Source: Acidobacteriaceae bacterium (lineage in GTDB: Bacteria > Acidobacteriota > Terriglobia > Terriglobales > Acidobacteriaceae). Taken from it: 64,000 bases of DNA. Under the pieces are notes generated by a model. That model had not been told where the DNA came from, did no database searches, and was given only the letters and a program-made list of their open reading frames with translations. Location: contig PKXQ01000066.1 of NCBI GenBank assembly GCA_003132405.1, forward strand, positions 1,612 through 65,611, read 5' to 3'. Positions 8,438 to 19,102 of this stretch are shown here, one piece after another; the stretch's first letter is position 1; the number at the start of each line of letters is the position of its first letter. A program made the translations under genes and the position numbers.

Positions 8438-9907
8438 TTAATTACTAACGACTAACGCCTGATCTCGAAACGGCCACTCGCGGCGCCGCCAGGATCGCAC
8501 CATGTAAATCGCCAATCCCACAACCAGGATCACTCCCGCGTAACGGATCTCGCGGAGAAAATTCTTTCGTGAAATCAGGATGAAGGTGAAGCTGGCCGCT
8601 GCGATCAGAGCCGGAGCGGGATACAGCCACATGCGAAACGGCCGCGGCAAATCGGGGCGACGGATGCGGAGGACGATGACTCCGATGCTCTGCACTAGAA
8701 ACTGGAGCACGATGCGGATTACGATGAGCGCGGCGATCAGGTCGGCTAAGCGCAGGAAACAGAACAGGGCGGCGACTCCGGCTAGCGCGAGCAGCGAAAC
8801 GTAAGGGAACTGATATTTGGGATGCACGCGGGCGAAGGCGCGGAAATAATTGCCATCGAGGGCGGCGGCGTAGGGCACGCGCGAATAGCCTAGGGTCAGC
8901 GAGAATACGGAGGCGAAGGCGGTCCACATGACGAGCACCGAAATAAGCGAGGCCGCGCCGTGACCGTAGACGCGCTGCATCATAGTCGAGACGATGTAGA
9001 GCTTCGTGTCTGACGCGCCGGATTGTACCAGTTCGCGCCACGGGATGACCCCGAGAATGCTGACATTCATTACGATATAAAGACTCGCGACGGCGAGAAT
9101 GGATAGCAGGAGCGCGCGCGGAATATTTTTTCCCGGATCCTTGACTTCGTCGCCGAGGAAACAGACGTTGTAGTAGCCGCCGATGTCATAGGAGGCGATG
9201 AGCATGGCGCCGCCTAGTCCGTGAAAAAAGTCGCGAGAGAAGGAAAACGCGCCGGGTGGGAGATCGAACGCCTGATGGGCATTGAAGTGGGTGAGGCCGG
9301 TGAAGATGATCCATCCGATGGTGGCCATTACTCCGGCCCAGAGGACGTTGGTGAGGCGGGAGATGGCGGTGATGCGACGGTAAAGGAGAAATGCGGTGAG
9401 GGCGCAGACGCCTATGGCTAGCAGCGTTGCGGGCATTGCGACCCATGAGAGTTGCAGCGGGCCGATGAGCGGGAGGTTGAGGCTCCAAGAGCGTGTCGAC
9501 CAGACGTGTTCGAGATTTGGCCAGAAAAAGGCGGCGTATTGCGAGAGGCCTATGGCGCCGGAGGCAATCGAGAGCGGAGCGCTGAATGACAGTTGCCAGA
9601 TAAATAAAAAAGAAACGAGGCGGCCGAGTTTTTGGGGTCCGTAGATTTCTTTGAGGTAACGGTAAGAGCCGCCCGATCCGGGCAATGCCGCGCCTAGTTC
9701 TGCCCAGACCAGGCCGTCGCAGATGGCTAGCAGCGCGCCTAGTATCCAACCTAGCATTGCCTGCGGGCCGCCCATGGCGGTGACGATCAGCGGGATGGTG
9801 ATGAAGGGGCCCACGCCGATCATGTCGATCATGTTGAGCGCAGTGGCGGAGCCGAGGCCGATGCCGCGGACGAGTTGGGGCGGGGGCGGGGTTGTGTCGT
9901 TCTGCAT
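8438..9907 (-). CDS. APC-family amino acid/polyamine permease
   Basis: 489 aa, polytopic. N-terminal LGSATALNMIDMIGVGPFITIP is typical of APC permeases. Confidence 0.8.
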   Translation of the reverse strand: MQNDTTPPPPQLVRGIGLGSATALNMIDMIGVGPFITIPLIVTAMGGPQAMLGWILGALLAICDGLVWAELGAALPGSGGSYRYLKEIYGPQKLGRLVSFLFIWQLSFSAPLSIASGAIGLSQYAAFFWPNLEHVWSTRSWSLNLPLIGPLQLSWVAMPATLLAIGVCALTAFLLYRRITAISRLTNVLWAGVMATIGWIIFTGLTHFNAHQAFDLPPGAFSFSRDFFHGLGGAMLIASYDIGGYYNVCFLGDEVKDPGKNIPRALLLSILAVASLYIVMNVSILGVIPWRELVQSGASDTKLYIVSTMMQRVYGHGAASLISVLVMWTAFASVFSLTLGYSRVPYAAALDGNYFRAFARVHPKYQFPYVSLLALAGVAALFCFLRLADLIAALIVIRIVLQFLVQSIGVIVLRIRRPDLPRPFRMWLYPAPALIAAASFTFILISRKNFLREIRYAGVILVVGLAIYMVRSWRRREWPFRDQALVVSN

Positions 9908-9981
9908 GAAGAGTCGTTGGTCGATGGTCGTTCGTCGATCGCTAATCGTCGTTCACGCGCGGCATGCGAGTTGGGCGGTGC

Positions 9982-10016
9982 AAAAAGCAGGTCCTTCGCT
10001 TCGCTCAGGATGACAA
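9982..10016. repeat. GTCATCCTGAGCGAAGCGAAGGAC-type repeat
   Basis: AAAAGCAGGTCCTTCGCTTCGCTCAGGATGACAAAC. Confidence 0.8.
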
Positions 10017-10045
10017 ACTTAATTATTAAATGACTGTCACCGAGA

Positions 10046-12949
10046 TTAGCGACTGCTGATTAGATTCACAAACAGCCGCACCGCCCCTGGTACCCCTGCG
10101 GGTAATTGTCTGAAGAATGCGTAACCGGTGTAGATGTATGTGCCCTTGCCGTAATTCGCGACGAGCAGGCCGCCCTTTTGCTCGGGTTCGCTGGGGTCGT
10201 GCGATTCGAGGAGCGGGGTGAAGTTGCTGTCCCATTGGGTCATGAAGTAGAGGCCGCGCTCCTGCACCCAGCCGTCGAAATCTTTCTGCGTAATTTCGTT
10301 GGGAGAATGGAAGATGGGATTGGCGGGATCGAGGATCATGATCGGAGCCTCTTCGACCGAAACCCGCGCCCGGCCCAGGGTTGCGGGATAGGGCGTGAAG
10401 TTGCCTTTGTTGAAATCGCCGGTCGCGGCGCTGAGAGTGTTGTACTGCACTACGAGGCGTCCGCCGGCCTGCACATAGTCGAGCAGGCGCTTGTTGTTTG
10501 CGATTACATCTTTCTGGGTGTCGTAGGCGCGAATTCCAAGGACGATAGTTTGATAACTGCTCAAATCTTCCACGGCAAGTTTCTCTGCTGGAAGCAGCGT
10601 GACGTCCATGCCAATCTGCTGCAGCACAGTCGGAATCTCGTCGCCCGCGCCCATGATGTAGCCGACTTTGAGATCTTTCGGGACTTTTACATCGACGACG
10701 CTGACGCGCTGCACCGCGGGTTGATAGTAGTAAAACGTGCCCAGATCTTCGCGGGTGACGACGGAATAGCCTTCTTTGTAATGCTGGTAGCCGCTGGTTA
10801 GCGTGGCTTGAATTTCTTTTCTTCCTTCGGTGCGATTTCCGGGATGGACGGTAAAATCGGCGCTCTGCTTTTCTCCGCGCTGGTGAAAGGCAAGCGGCTT
10901 TTCGGCTGGCTCGGTGCGCCAGCTCTCCGGACCCGCAACTTGCAACAGCCCTTCATCCCTTTCTGGATCGCCTTTCCAGTGCGTTTCCTTCAGCGTCTTC
11001 GCATCGAGATTGCTTGAGACATCGACCTTCACTGTTGGCTGCGGACCGTCTTCGGTCGGAATTACCTGCTCGCTTGGATCGAGTAAGACAGAAAAAGCGG
11101 GAGCGACGGCTAGCGGGCGCTCGGCGATTGCTCCGGAGGCATCTTTGTATTTCACCATGCAAACGGACATCGCAACCGCTTCGGGATCGCCGATCATGCC
11201 CAGCGCTTTAACCGCAGGCGGCGGAAAAGGGAGGCTTTGATATTGCGGATCGTCAATCGTGTTGAGCGCCTCGGTCTCAGGATTGTTCCTGTGCCAGTAG
11301 GGTCGGGTGGGCTGTGCGCTCGCGGAAACATACACTTTGAATCGAGTGACGAGGTCGTTCCCTTCAGCCTGTTTCGAAAGAATCTTGGAATTCCACCCCG
11401 GCGGTAGCAGCAGAGTGATGTTGGAATGGCTGTCGGAGTGGCGTTCGGCCGAGAGCCTAGCTGTGACCTCAAACGTCTGGCCGGGCACCGCCATGAAGGC
11501 GTCTTCGGGACTCGTTCCGACGGGGGCATCGACGACAACGTGCAGAGTCACGCCCTCCGCCAGGATGAGCGCCTTGGCGACTTCGCTGGTTTTTTCGTCG
11601 AGCGAATGAAGAACGATATTCTTTCCAAGCGGCGAGAGTTCCGATTCGTTGACCTGCTTGCGAGTCTCTTGCATCAGGAAGCGGGCCGTCCCCAAAGCGT
11701 TCGCGGCGGCCGGCGGGCTGGCCTCTCCGGCAACGGCTGCCTCGTCTATCTTCGCTTTAATCGCGACTAACTCACCGCGCAGCCATGGAACTTTCTTTTC
11801 TTCTTCACCTAGCCGCGAAGCTAGCCCGGGCAGTGTGGTGTCGATGCCGTCGAAGAAATCTTGTTCGTGCCCGTCTTTATCTTTGGTGGAATCGACCACT
11901 GAGTCGACCAGTTTATAAAAAGTGAAACGGTCTCCGGGTGGGACGGTAAAACCTCCCACGCCTTGCGATTGCTGATGGCGCAAGCCTTTCAACGCGAACT
12001 GAACGTACGAAGTTCCGAGTGCTGGATCTTCTTTTCCTGTATTCAGTTTTACGGTGTAGTTGGCCGCATCGCAGGTGGATGCTCCGAAGCCGCAGACATT
12101 GCCGATGTACAACTTCTTGGGCTGCCAGGGTTCGAGTCCTTCTTTGATTTGTTCGGGGAAGCGATTGGGATCGGCAGCGGCCCGGAAGGCTTCTCTGGTC
12201 AATATCGCGGAGGCTTGATGATGGCCGTGGCCATCGCGATCGGTACCGGAGAAGCGTGCCACCAGGACGTCGGGGCGAAAGGTGCGAATGACGCGCACCA
12301 TGTCGCCTAGGGCAATGTCGTGGCCTTGCCATTTCTGAAATGTTTCTTCGGGAGTTTTTGAGTATCCGAAATCAGCCACGCGCGAGAAGCGTTGCTCTAC
12401 GCCGTAGTAACGATCGGCCGCCAGCAGTTCAAGAGTGCGTAGGACGCCTAGGGCATCGAAGAGGTTGCTGCCGAGTTTATTTTGCCCGCCTTCGCCGCGG
12501 TTGAGCGTCATCAGCAGTGTCGAAACGCCCTTGCCGCGCGCTTCGAGGGTCAACATGCCGCCATCTTCGTCGTCGGGATGGGCATCGGTCTGCATCAGGC
12601 TGGCGGTGGTTTGCAGGCGGCGCAGCATCAGCTTCAGGCCAGTGGCTCCCGTGTCTTGCGGGACAGGCTCGTAATAATGATCGACGGGATGATCGGTCGC
12701 GCGGTCGGCAGAATGATCCGCAGGACGATCGGGGTTGCGATCGATTGCAGGATGGTCCGGCGGTTGTGCAACGGCGAGAAACGCAGCAGGGCCCAGCATT
12801 AGGACCGCGCATAGCATGATCGCGAGGCGATTGCGCACAGGTTGCGACAATCGGAACGTAGGCTTCTTTTGTATTGCAAACATGCGCATTGCAAACATGA
12901 CCATCTGATCGATTTTACTCAATGAAAGGAGCAAATATATTCTGTTCAA
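10046..12949 (-). CDS. large secreted/anchored PIG-L (LmbE) family deacetylase with extra C-terminal domains
   Basis: 967 aa. AHPDDEDGGMLT is the PIG-L signature. The protein has an N-terminal hydrophobic anchor. The C-terminal ~230 aa (VGYIMGAGDEIPTVLQ...TIVLGIRAYD) looks GATase1/ThuA-like, which is an inference. The start is uncertain because several Met lie in the first 25 codons. Confidence 0.8.
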   Translation of the reverse strand: MNRIYLLLSLSKIDQMVMFAMRMFAIQKKPTFRLSQPVRNRLAIMLCAVLMLGPAAFLAVAQPPDHPAIDRNPDRPADHSADRATDHPVDHYYEPVPQDTGATGLKLMLRRLQTTASLMQTDAHPDDEDGGMLTLEARGKGVSTLLMTLNRGEGGQNKLGSNLFDALGVLRTLELLAADRYYGVEQRFSRVADFGYSKTPEETFQKWQGHDIALGDMVRVIRTFRPDVLVARFSGTDRDGHGHHQASAILTREAFRAAADPNRFPEQIKEGLEPWQPKKLYIGNVCGFGASTCDAANYTVKLNTGKEDPALGTSYVQFALKGLRHQQSQGVGGFTVPPGDRFTFYKLVDSVVDSTKDKDGHEQDFFDGIDTTLPGLASRLGEEEKKVPWLRGELVAIKAKIDEAAVAGEASPPAAANALGTARFLMQETRKQVNESELSPLGKNIVLHSLDEKTSEVAKALILAEGVTLHVVVDAPVGTSPEDAFMAVPGQTFEVTARLSAERHSDSHSNITLLLPPGWNSKILSKQAEGNDLVTRFKVYVSASAQPTRPYWHRNNPETEALNTIDDPQYQSLPFPPPAVKALGMIGDPEAVAMSVCMVKYKDASGAIAERPLAVAPAFSVLLDPSEQVIPTEDGPQPTVKVDVSSNLDAKTLKETHWKGDPERDEGLLQVAGPESWRTEPAEKPLAFHQRGEKQSADFTVHPGNRTEGRKEIQATLTSGYQHYKEGYSVVTREDLGTFYYYQPAVQRVSVVDVKVPKDLKVGYIMGAGDEIPTVLQQIGMDVTLLPAEKLAVEDLSSYQTIVLGIRAYDTQKDVIANNKRLLDYVQAGGRLVVQYNTLSAATGDFNKGNFTPYPATLGRARVSVEEAPIMILDPANPIFHSPNEITQKDFDGWVQERGLYFMTQWDSNFTPLLESHDPSEPEQKGGLLVANYGKGTYIYTGYAFFRQLPAGVPGAVRLFVNLISSR

Positions 12950-12958
12950 TTTATCGGC

Positions 12959-15382
12959 TCATTCTTTAGAAGGCATTCCCTGGGCGGCGGCGAACTTCTG
13001 CTGGCATTCGGCGGCGGTTTGCACAATGCGGCGGAAGTCCGGATCGGTGCGCACGTTTGCGAGAAGCGGATCGGATTGCAAAGCCTGGTGGGCGCAATAA
13101 TTTCCGGCAACGGCCTGGCGCAAAAACTCGAATGCGATTTGTGGTTCGCCGCAGGCGGCGAGCAATGCGCCCTGCTGATACTTTAGTTCGGGATTCTGTT
13201 TCGCGAGTAATTCGGTTTTTGCCTGCTCCGCAAAGCGATGGATATCCGTTGCGGGGGCCTTATCGAGGCATGCTTCGAGCATTCCGCGCATCCACATAGG
13301 ATTGTCGGTCATCTGCGACGTGGCTTGCCTGGCTTCTGTCATCTTCCCCTGGCGCATCAGGACGGAGACACGCACTGCGTTCGACCACTCCGAACCTGCA
13401 TCCTGTTCAATGAATTCCAGCGCGCGCTCGGGTTTGCCAGCCTCGGCAAACGCGAGGGCGCAGGTTCGCCAGTTGTAGTTGGAATCGATCTTCAGAGCTT
13501 TGTCACATTCGCTCTGCGATTCATCGAGCCGTCCGGCGTAGCGCAGCACATAGGCCAGCGAAAAATGCGCGAAGGCAGCATCGGGACGCTTGCGCACCAA
13601 GGCGTGAGCCTCGTCATAGGCGCGGTCGAGGTTCCCGCCTTCGGCTTCATTCGCGGCCAGCAGGCCAGCGGCGCTGACTCGGCCGGGTTCGAGCGAAAGC
13701 GCGCGCCGGTAGGCCGCATTGGAGCGCTGAGATGCGGCGTCGCCGCCGTCGGAGTAAACCGCGTCAAAGTAGTAGCGCCGACCGAGCGCCTCCCACGCGG
13801 GCGCGTAATTTGGATCCTGGTTGACGACCTTTTCCAAAATCGTAATCGCATCCTTGTTGGATTTGACCTCGTGGGGGATGGCGAGGGTGCGAAGATAGGC
13901 ATCGTAGGCATCGCGATTGGCGGGGGCGCTGCCTGTTTCGACTGTGCCGCGATTGATGCCCAAAGCTGGCACGAGTTCGAGGCGCACTTTTTTCGCCATC
14001 TGGTTGCGCAGATCAATCAAGCTGTCGGTTGGCGAAGTGAGCGTGCCGGTCCAGATCACTTTATTGTCTTTGACGTCGACCGCTTCGAGGGTTACTTGCA
14101 CCACTTTTCCCTGGCGCAGAAAATGTCCGACTACCACAGTGTTCACGCCTAACTCGCGACCGGCTTTTGCCGGGTCGGCTTCGTCGCCGTATTTTTGCGT
14201 AGCGGTGGAGGGGCGAATCTCCAGCGAATGGGCGTAGGTGAGGGCATTGGCGATTTCGTCGGCCAGAGCGAAGCGCAGAAACTCGCTTTCGGCGTCGTTG
14301 TTGACATTTTGCAGCGGCAGCACGGCTATGGTGCGATTCGTATCCGTTATCGCTGTAACACGATGTTTGAACCACCATGTGCCTGCGGCTGCGACTACGG
14401 TAATCAGCGCGGCGGCGAGGGCGACGATGATCCAGAGCTGGGTGGGCTTCGTTTGCTGAAAGGTCTTAGGCATCGGGCGCATGCCGACAGCCTGCTGAAA
14501 GCTGCTGCGCAGCGCGGGATCTGTGGCTTTCTTTATTTTTAACTTCTCGAGGTCGGCCTTCATCTCGATGGCGTTTTTGTAGCGTAGGTCGCGGTCCTTT
14601 TCCATCGCTTTGCCGATGATGGCTTCGAGTTCTGGCGGTACGGCGGGATTGATGGAGCGCGGAGATGCGGGCTTCGAATTGATCACGGCGTGGAGCGTCA
14701 TCACCACGTTCGTACCGGTGAATGGCTTCTTGCCGGTGGCCATTTCGAAGAGCACTACGCCGAATGAAAAAATGTCGCTGCGCACGTCGAGGTCTTCGGA
14801 ACGCGCCTGCTCGGGCGACATGTAAACGGCGGTTCCGGGGATAACGCCCACCTGTGTCAGCGATTCTTCGATTGACGAGTCGGTCGTCATGCCGAGGCTC
14901 TGGTCTTTGGCGAGCTTGGCCAAGCCGAAGTCGAGAATTTTTACCTGGCCGTTGGGAGTGAGGAAAATGTTGGCCGGCTTGATGTCGCGATGGACGATTC
15001 CCTTGGCGTGTGACGCCGCGAGCGCATCGGCCACTTGCACGGCAATGTCGAGCAGGTCTTCGATCTCGAGGGGATGGCCATGGATGCGCTGCTTGAGGCT
15101 CTCACCTTCTAGCTTTTCCATCACGATGAAGGGGTGCCCGTTGTTGTTTTCGATATCGTGAATGGTGCAGATGTTGGCGTGGTTGAGTTGCGAAGCGGCG
15201 CGTGCCTCGCGCATGAAGCGGTCGAGGGCGCGCTTATCGTTGACCAGGTGTTCAGGAATAAATTTCAGCGCGACATGGCGGCCGAGGCGGAGATCTTCGG
15301 CTTCATAAACCACTCCCATTCCGCCGCCGCCGAGCTTGGAGAGCACGCGGTAGTGGGAAACGGTTTGGCCGATGATCTCCAT
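12959..15382 (-). CDS. Ser/Thr protein kinase with TM segment and C-terminal TPR-like repeats
   Basis: 807 aa. Kinase motifs [41 protein letters not shown] and MSPEQ. TM segment [23 protein letters not shown]. Confidence 0.9.
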   Translation of the reverse strand: MEIIGQTVSHYRVLSKLGGGGMGVVYEAEDLRLGRHVALKFIPEHLVNDKRALDRFMREARAASQLNHANICTIHDIENNNGHPFIVMEKLEGESLKQRIHGHPLEIEDLLDIAVQVADALAASHAKGIVHRDIKPANIFLTPNGQVKILDFGLAKLAKDQSLGMTTDSSIEESLTQVGVIPGTAVYMSPEQARSEDLDVRSDIFSFGVVLFEMATGKKPFTGTNVVMTLHAVINSKPASPRSINPAVPPELEAIIGKAMEKDRDLRYKNAIEMKADLEKLKIKKATDPALRSSFQQAVGMRPMPKTFQQTKPTQLWIIVALAAALITVVAAAGTWWFKHRVTAITDTNRTIAVLPLQNVNNDAESEFLRFALADEIANALTYAHSLEIRPSTATQKYGDEADPAKAGRELGVNTVVVGHFLRQGKVVQVTLEAVDVKDNKVIWTGTLTSPTDSLIDLRNQMAKKVRLELVPALGINRGTVETGSAPANRDAYDAYLRTLAIPHEVKSNKDAITILEKVVNQDPNYAPAWEALGRRYYFDAVYSDGGDAASQRSNAAYRRALSLEPGRVSAAGLLAANEAEGGNLDRAYDEAHALVRKRPDAAFAHFSLAYVLRYAGRLDESQSECDKALKIDSNYNWRTCALAFAEAGKPERALEFIEQDAGSEWSNAVRVSVLMRQGKMTEARQATSQMTDNPMWMRGMLEACLDKAPATDIHRFAEQAKTELLAKQNPELKYQQGALLAACGEPQIAFEFLRQAVAGNYCAHQALQSDPLLANVRTDPDFRRIVQTAAECQQKFAAAQGMPSKE

Positions 15383-15540
15383 AGCTCATGTGGCGCGGGC
15401 GCCCCGCCCGCGGCTGTTGACTTTGATTCTATTTGTAACGCTGAAATTTGACCGTCCCCGCGAAGGCGTAATGGTAGGCGGTCAGCGCGGTTGGGTCAAC
15501 CGAGATTGGCGGAAAACATTGGGCGATCGAGAAGCGCGGG

Positions 15541-16725
15541 TTAACCAATCAGCGCCGCTGACGAGCCTACCCATTTCATGTTTTTGTTTTGATCGACGCC
15601 CATCATGAGGCCGCGGCCCATGCGGACGATCGTGAGCACAGGTACTAACTTATCGACCCACACATACATGATGCGTAACTCGACCTTAGTTGGGCCGTAC
15701 GGAGTATCTACTACTGGAGTGAAATTCAGTCGCTCTTGCATGATGTAGCTGCTGCGTTTTGCAGCGGGAATCGCGTCGATGTCGGCGCACGTCGGGGCGA
15801 TGACTACTCCGAGACCGGCGAAGGAGTAGAGCGGTTTGAGGACGAAATTGTCGAGATCGGCGGGGACTTCTGATAATTGATCTAGAAACCAGGTTCGCGG
15901 CACTGAGGGATGTTTTAGATAGGGGATTGAATATTTGCTGATGCGGAAATACCAGTTGGGATGGCCTGCCCATTCTATGTCGAGATCGTCGCGAAAATCG
16001 AAGGGTGGTGTTACACCCTTGCGTTCCAGTTCATCGACGATGGTGCGGTTATAGATTCGCTCTATCGGAATCTGCTTGCCTTGTTCTTCATAAAACAGAT
16101 GGCGCCCTTGTTTGCGAATCTTGGTGATGCAGACGGTGCGAATTCCCAACAACTTCTCGGTTAGCAGAAAATCGGGGCGTGTTTTTTGTTCTTCGGGATG
16201 GACCTCCATCAGTACTACATTCGCAGGATCGTGGCCTGCCACGATGGCGTCTTTTAGGAGTTGGTTATAGGAAGTCGAGTCGAGACCACTAAGAAAGAAG
16301 CGAAGCTTCGTGTCTAGTTCGAAGACGTCGATATAAGCCTGAGCTAGAACGGGCTGGTAGGCGTAGAGGGAAGGGAAGGCTTGTAACTCGACTAACTTGG
16401 GCTGTAAGTCGCCTTTCGAATCGCGCACCAGGCCGAAGTCGACTTGAATGAACATCGGATGCGGCGATTCATTCGGCACGCGAAACTGGGCGGGGATCGA
16501 GGCTTCCGAACGGGCGCGGTAATCCTTATTCTCGACTAACTGGAGGATCAGAGCTTTTCCGTCTTCGGCCATGCGCTGAACTAGAGCGTCGGGGAAGAAA
16601 CACGGAGTCTCGCAGAGAGCGAATGGGACTTCCGTTCCGCAGCGGGAGGTCATCTCGCGCTGAAGGCGGTCGTACTTTTCTTGGGTGAAGCGCGCGTTGA
16701 AGTCTTCGCGGTAAGCGGGAATCAT
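15541..16725 (-). CDS. hypothetical protein, ATP-grasp-like (possibly circularly permuted ATP-grasp, COG2308-like)
   Basis: 394 aa. FVLKPLYSFAGLGVVI, VELRIMYVW and RMGRG resemble ATP-grasp nucleotide-binding strands, and IERIYNRTIVDELE resembles CP-ATP-grasp proteins. The call rests on motifs only. Confidence 0.55.
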   Translation of the reverse strand: MIPAYREDFNARFTQEKYDRLQREMTSRCGTEVPFALCETPCFFPDALVQRMAEDGKALILQLVENKDYRARSEASIPAQFRVPNESPHPMFIQVDFGLVRDSKGDLQPKLVELQAFPSLYAYQPVLAQAYIDVFELDTKLRFFLSGLDSTSYNQLLKDAIVAGHDPANVVLMEVHPEEQKTRPDFLLTEKLLGIRTVCITKIRKQGRHLFYEEQGKQIPIERIYNRTIVDELERKGVTPPFDFRDDLDIEWAGHPNWYFRISKYSIPYLKHPSVPRTWFLDQLSEVPADLDNFVLKPLYSFAGLGVVIAPTCADIDAIPAAKRSSYIMQERLNFTPVVDTPYGPTKVELRIMYVWVDKLVPVLTIVRMGRGLMMGVDQNKNMKWVGSSAALIG

Positions 16726-16786
16726 CGGCGTTCAATGCGCGTCAAGCCCATCGCGATGTTCTCTGCGCCTCGGCGGTGAAAAATAT

Positions 16787-17851
16787 TTACGCCTCGATTA
16801 AGAATTGGCCGCCGCGCATAATTTGTTCGTCATCGACCCAGATATCGAATTTGCGTCCGACGACATCGATGTGGGTTGCGGAATACCACTCTGCGCCGGT
16901 GTGGGCGCCGTAAGGGTTTCCGAAGGCTATGTGGACGCCGGGGTATTTTTCATCTTGCAATATTTCGCCGATTACATCTTTCAGTTCGATGTTGGTGCCT
17001 ATCGCGAACTCGCCTACCCGGTTACTGTTTTCGTCGGTGTGAGTGTAGGCCCAGAAATCGTCTTTTAATTCTTTATTTGAGGAGTGCGCTTCGATTAGGC
17101 GATTGCCTTTCACCAGGATGGTCAAGGGATGCGCTTTTAAGTCGCCGAACTTCGCGCACAGATAATCGCCGACTACTCCATCGATGACGAATGTGCCGTT
17201 GACCTCGCCGGGGGTGGTGAAGACCTCGCCGCCGGGAAGGTTACCCCACTTTTCGGTGCTGATAATTCCACTAGTTTTTACCCAGCGATAATTCGGATTT
17301 AGATCGGCCACGAGGTCCGTACCTGAAGGGGTAATCGCGCGAATCTGTTTTGCTTTACGGACTGTCTCCAGCACTTTTATGCTTAAGCGATCGACTTTTT
17401 GGAAGTCGGCGCGCATGCCTTCGAGCATGATGCGCTTGTTGATGTTGACCATGTGCGCGTGGCGGATTTTCTGGTGGTTAACAATGTCGGTCATCTGCAT
17501 GCGCGAGCGGAGTTCGTTGGTCTGCGCCTGCACGGCAAAAATGCTGACCTGGCTCGATTCGAGGTCGTCCGCGATTACGAGCGGCAAATCGGTCAGCGGA
17601 CGAGTGGCGACATCTTCGAGCACCCAGGTTTTGTACGTACAGCCCAACTCTTCGAGTTCGTGGACGATGGCCGCGGCGATTTCGAGGCTGACTTCATCGG
17701 TGATGACTGTAACTTTTTCGGAGGGCTGCACGCGCAGGCAGACGCGGACTGCATTCCGCGCCCCGAGGGTCAGTTGCGGATCAAAAGCCATCTGATTCAG
17801 TTGCCGGTTGGATTCTGCGTTTAATTGCGAGTCAGTTTTCATCAAGCTCAT
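16787..17851 (-). CDS. M29-family aminopeptidase (AmpS/PepS/aminopeptidase T-like)
   Basis: 354 aa. GNLPGGEVFTTP, EFAIGTN and HIAFGNPYG are typical of M29. Its start shares base 17851 with the stop of the upstream ligase. Confidence 0.75.
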   Translation of the reverse strand: MSLMKTDSQLNAESNRQLNQMAFDPQLTLGARNAVRVCLRVQPSEKVTVITDEVSLEIAAAIVHELEELGCTYKTWVLEDVATRPLTDLPLVIADDLESSQVSIFAVQAQTNELRSRMQMTDIVNHQKIRHAHMVNINKRIMLEGMRADFQKVDRLSIKVLETVRKAKQIRAITPSGTDLVADLNPNYRWVKTSGIISTEKWGNLPGGEVFTTPGEVNGTFVIDGVVGDYLCAKFGDLKAHPLTILVKGNRLIEAHSSNKELKDDFWAYTHTDENSNRVGEFAIGTNIELKDVIGEILQDEKYPGVHIAFGNPYGAHTGAEWYSATHIDVVGRKFDIWVDDEQIMRGGQFLIEA

Positions 17852-18993
17852 TAGACGGCGCGCGCAGTGGGCAAACTGTCTGCTTCATCGACGCCCACCT
17901 CTGTCTCCTCAATGATGTAGTCCATTACGGCCTTCATGTCGCCGGTTCTGCGATAGACCTCTAATTGCCGGTCAGCGCCGGTTCCCATCTTCATGATCTC
18001 GCGAATGTATTCGACCTCTTCGCGGCAATCGAGTTCGTCGAGCACGTCATCGACGAAGGCGAGATATTCTTCGATCAAGTCGCGCTCGGGAACTTCCGTC
18101 TGCTTGCCGAAGTCGATCAGTTTTCCGTTGATGCCGTAGCGCGCCGCGCGCCACTTGTTTTCCATGAGGAGCGACCGGCGGTAGAGGCGGAATCCCTGGT
18201 TCTGGGAGTAGAGCTTATAAAGCTTGGCCACGGTTGCCTGGATCAGGGCTGCGAGCGCGATGGTTTCGTCGAGCCTCATGGGCAGATCGCAGACGCGGAA
18301 TTCGAGGGTAGGAAAGAATGGATGGGGCCGGATATCCCACCAGATTTTCTTGGCGTTGTCGATTGAATTTGTCTTCACGAGTAACTTGACGTAATTTTCG
18401 TACTCGCCCCAGCTGGGAAAATAATCGGGAAGGTTGGTGCGTGGAAATTTGTCGAAGACCTTGCAGCGATAGGACTTTAGCCCCGTATCCATCCCCAGCC
18501 AGAAGGGTGAATTCGACGAAAGCGCCAGCAGGTGTGGCACAAAATAGCGGGCGTGATTCATTAAATGAATCAGGGTCTCGCGGTCTTCGATGCCAACGTG
18601 GACGTGCAGGCCAAAAATCAGGTTGGCGCGGGCTACCAGTTGCATATCTTCGACTATGTTTTTGTAGCGCTCTCCGGGAGTGAGGGCCTGGACGCGCCAA
18701 TCGGCGAAGGGATGAGTTGCGGCGGAGGCTATGCGCAAATTATTTTCGCGGGCCAGGCGGATGATGTGATAGCGGAGATTTCGCAGCTCTTCGCGGGCAT
18801 CTTTAATATTGGCGCAAATGGAGGTGCCTACTTCGACGACGGATTGATGCATCTCCGTCTTGACCCGCTCCTGCAGAATCAGCTTGCCCTTCTCGATAAT
18901 CTCGGCGTGAATATGCGAGCGAAGATCTCGAGTCTCGGGATCGACGGTCTGATATTCCTCTTCGATTCCTAGCGTGAATGTAGGCTTCATCAC
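17851..18993 (-). CDS. carboxylate-amine ligase, YbdK / glutamate-cysteine ligase family 2 (GCS2)
   Basis: 380 aa. N-terminus FTLGIEEEYQTVDPETRDL and LHVHVGI are typical of the GCS2 family. Confidence 0.85.
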   Translation of the reverse strand: MMKPTFTLGIEEEYQTVDPETRDLRSHIHAEIIEKGKLILQERVKTEMHQSVVEVGTSICANIKDAREELRNLRYHIIRLARENNLRIASAATHPFADWRVQALTPGERYKNIVEDMQLVARANLIFGLHVHVGIEDRETLIHLMNHARYFVPHLLALSSNSPFWLGMDTGLKSYRCKVFDKFPRTNLPDYFPSWGEYENYVKLLVKTNSIDNAKKIWWDIRPHPFFPTLEFRVCDLPMRLDETIALAALIQATVAKLYKLYSQNQGFRLYRRSLLMENKWRAARYGINGKLIDFGKQTEVPERDLIEEYLAFVDDVLDELDCREEVEYIREIMKMGTGADRQLEVYRRTGDMKAVMDYIIEETEVGVDEADSLPTARAV

Positions 18994-19102
18994 GGCATCC
19001 GGCGCTGCCCGGGAGTAGCTGGCAGTAAGTCAAACTAGTATATCAATGAGCCGGTACGGCGCGGACAGTGTTATCGAGTCTCGATCGGGGAGCGGCCTAG
19101 GC

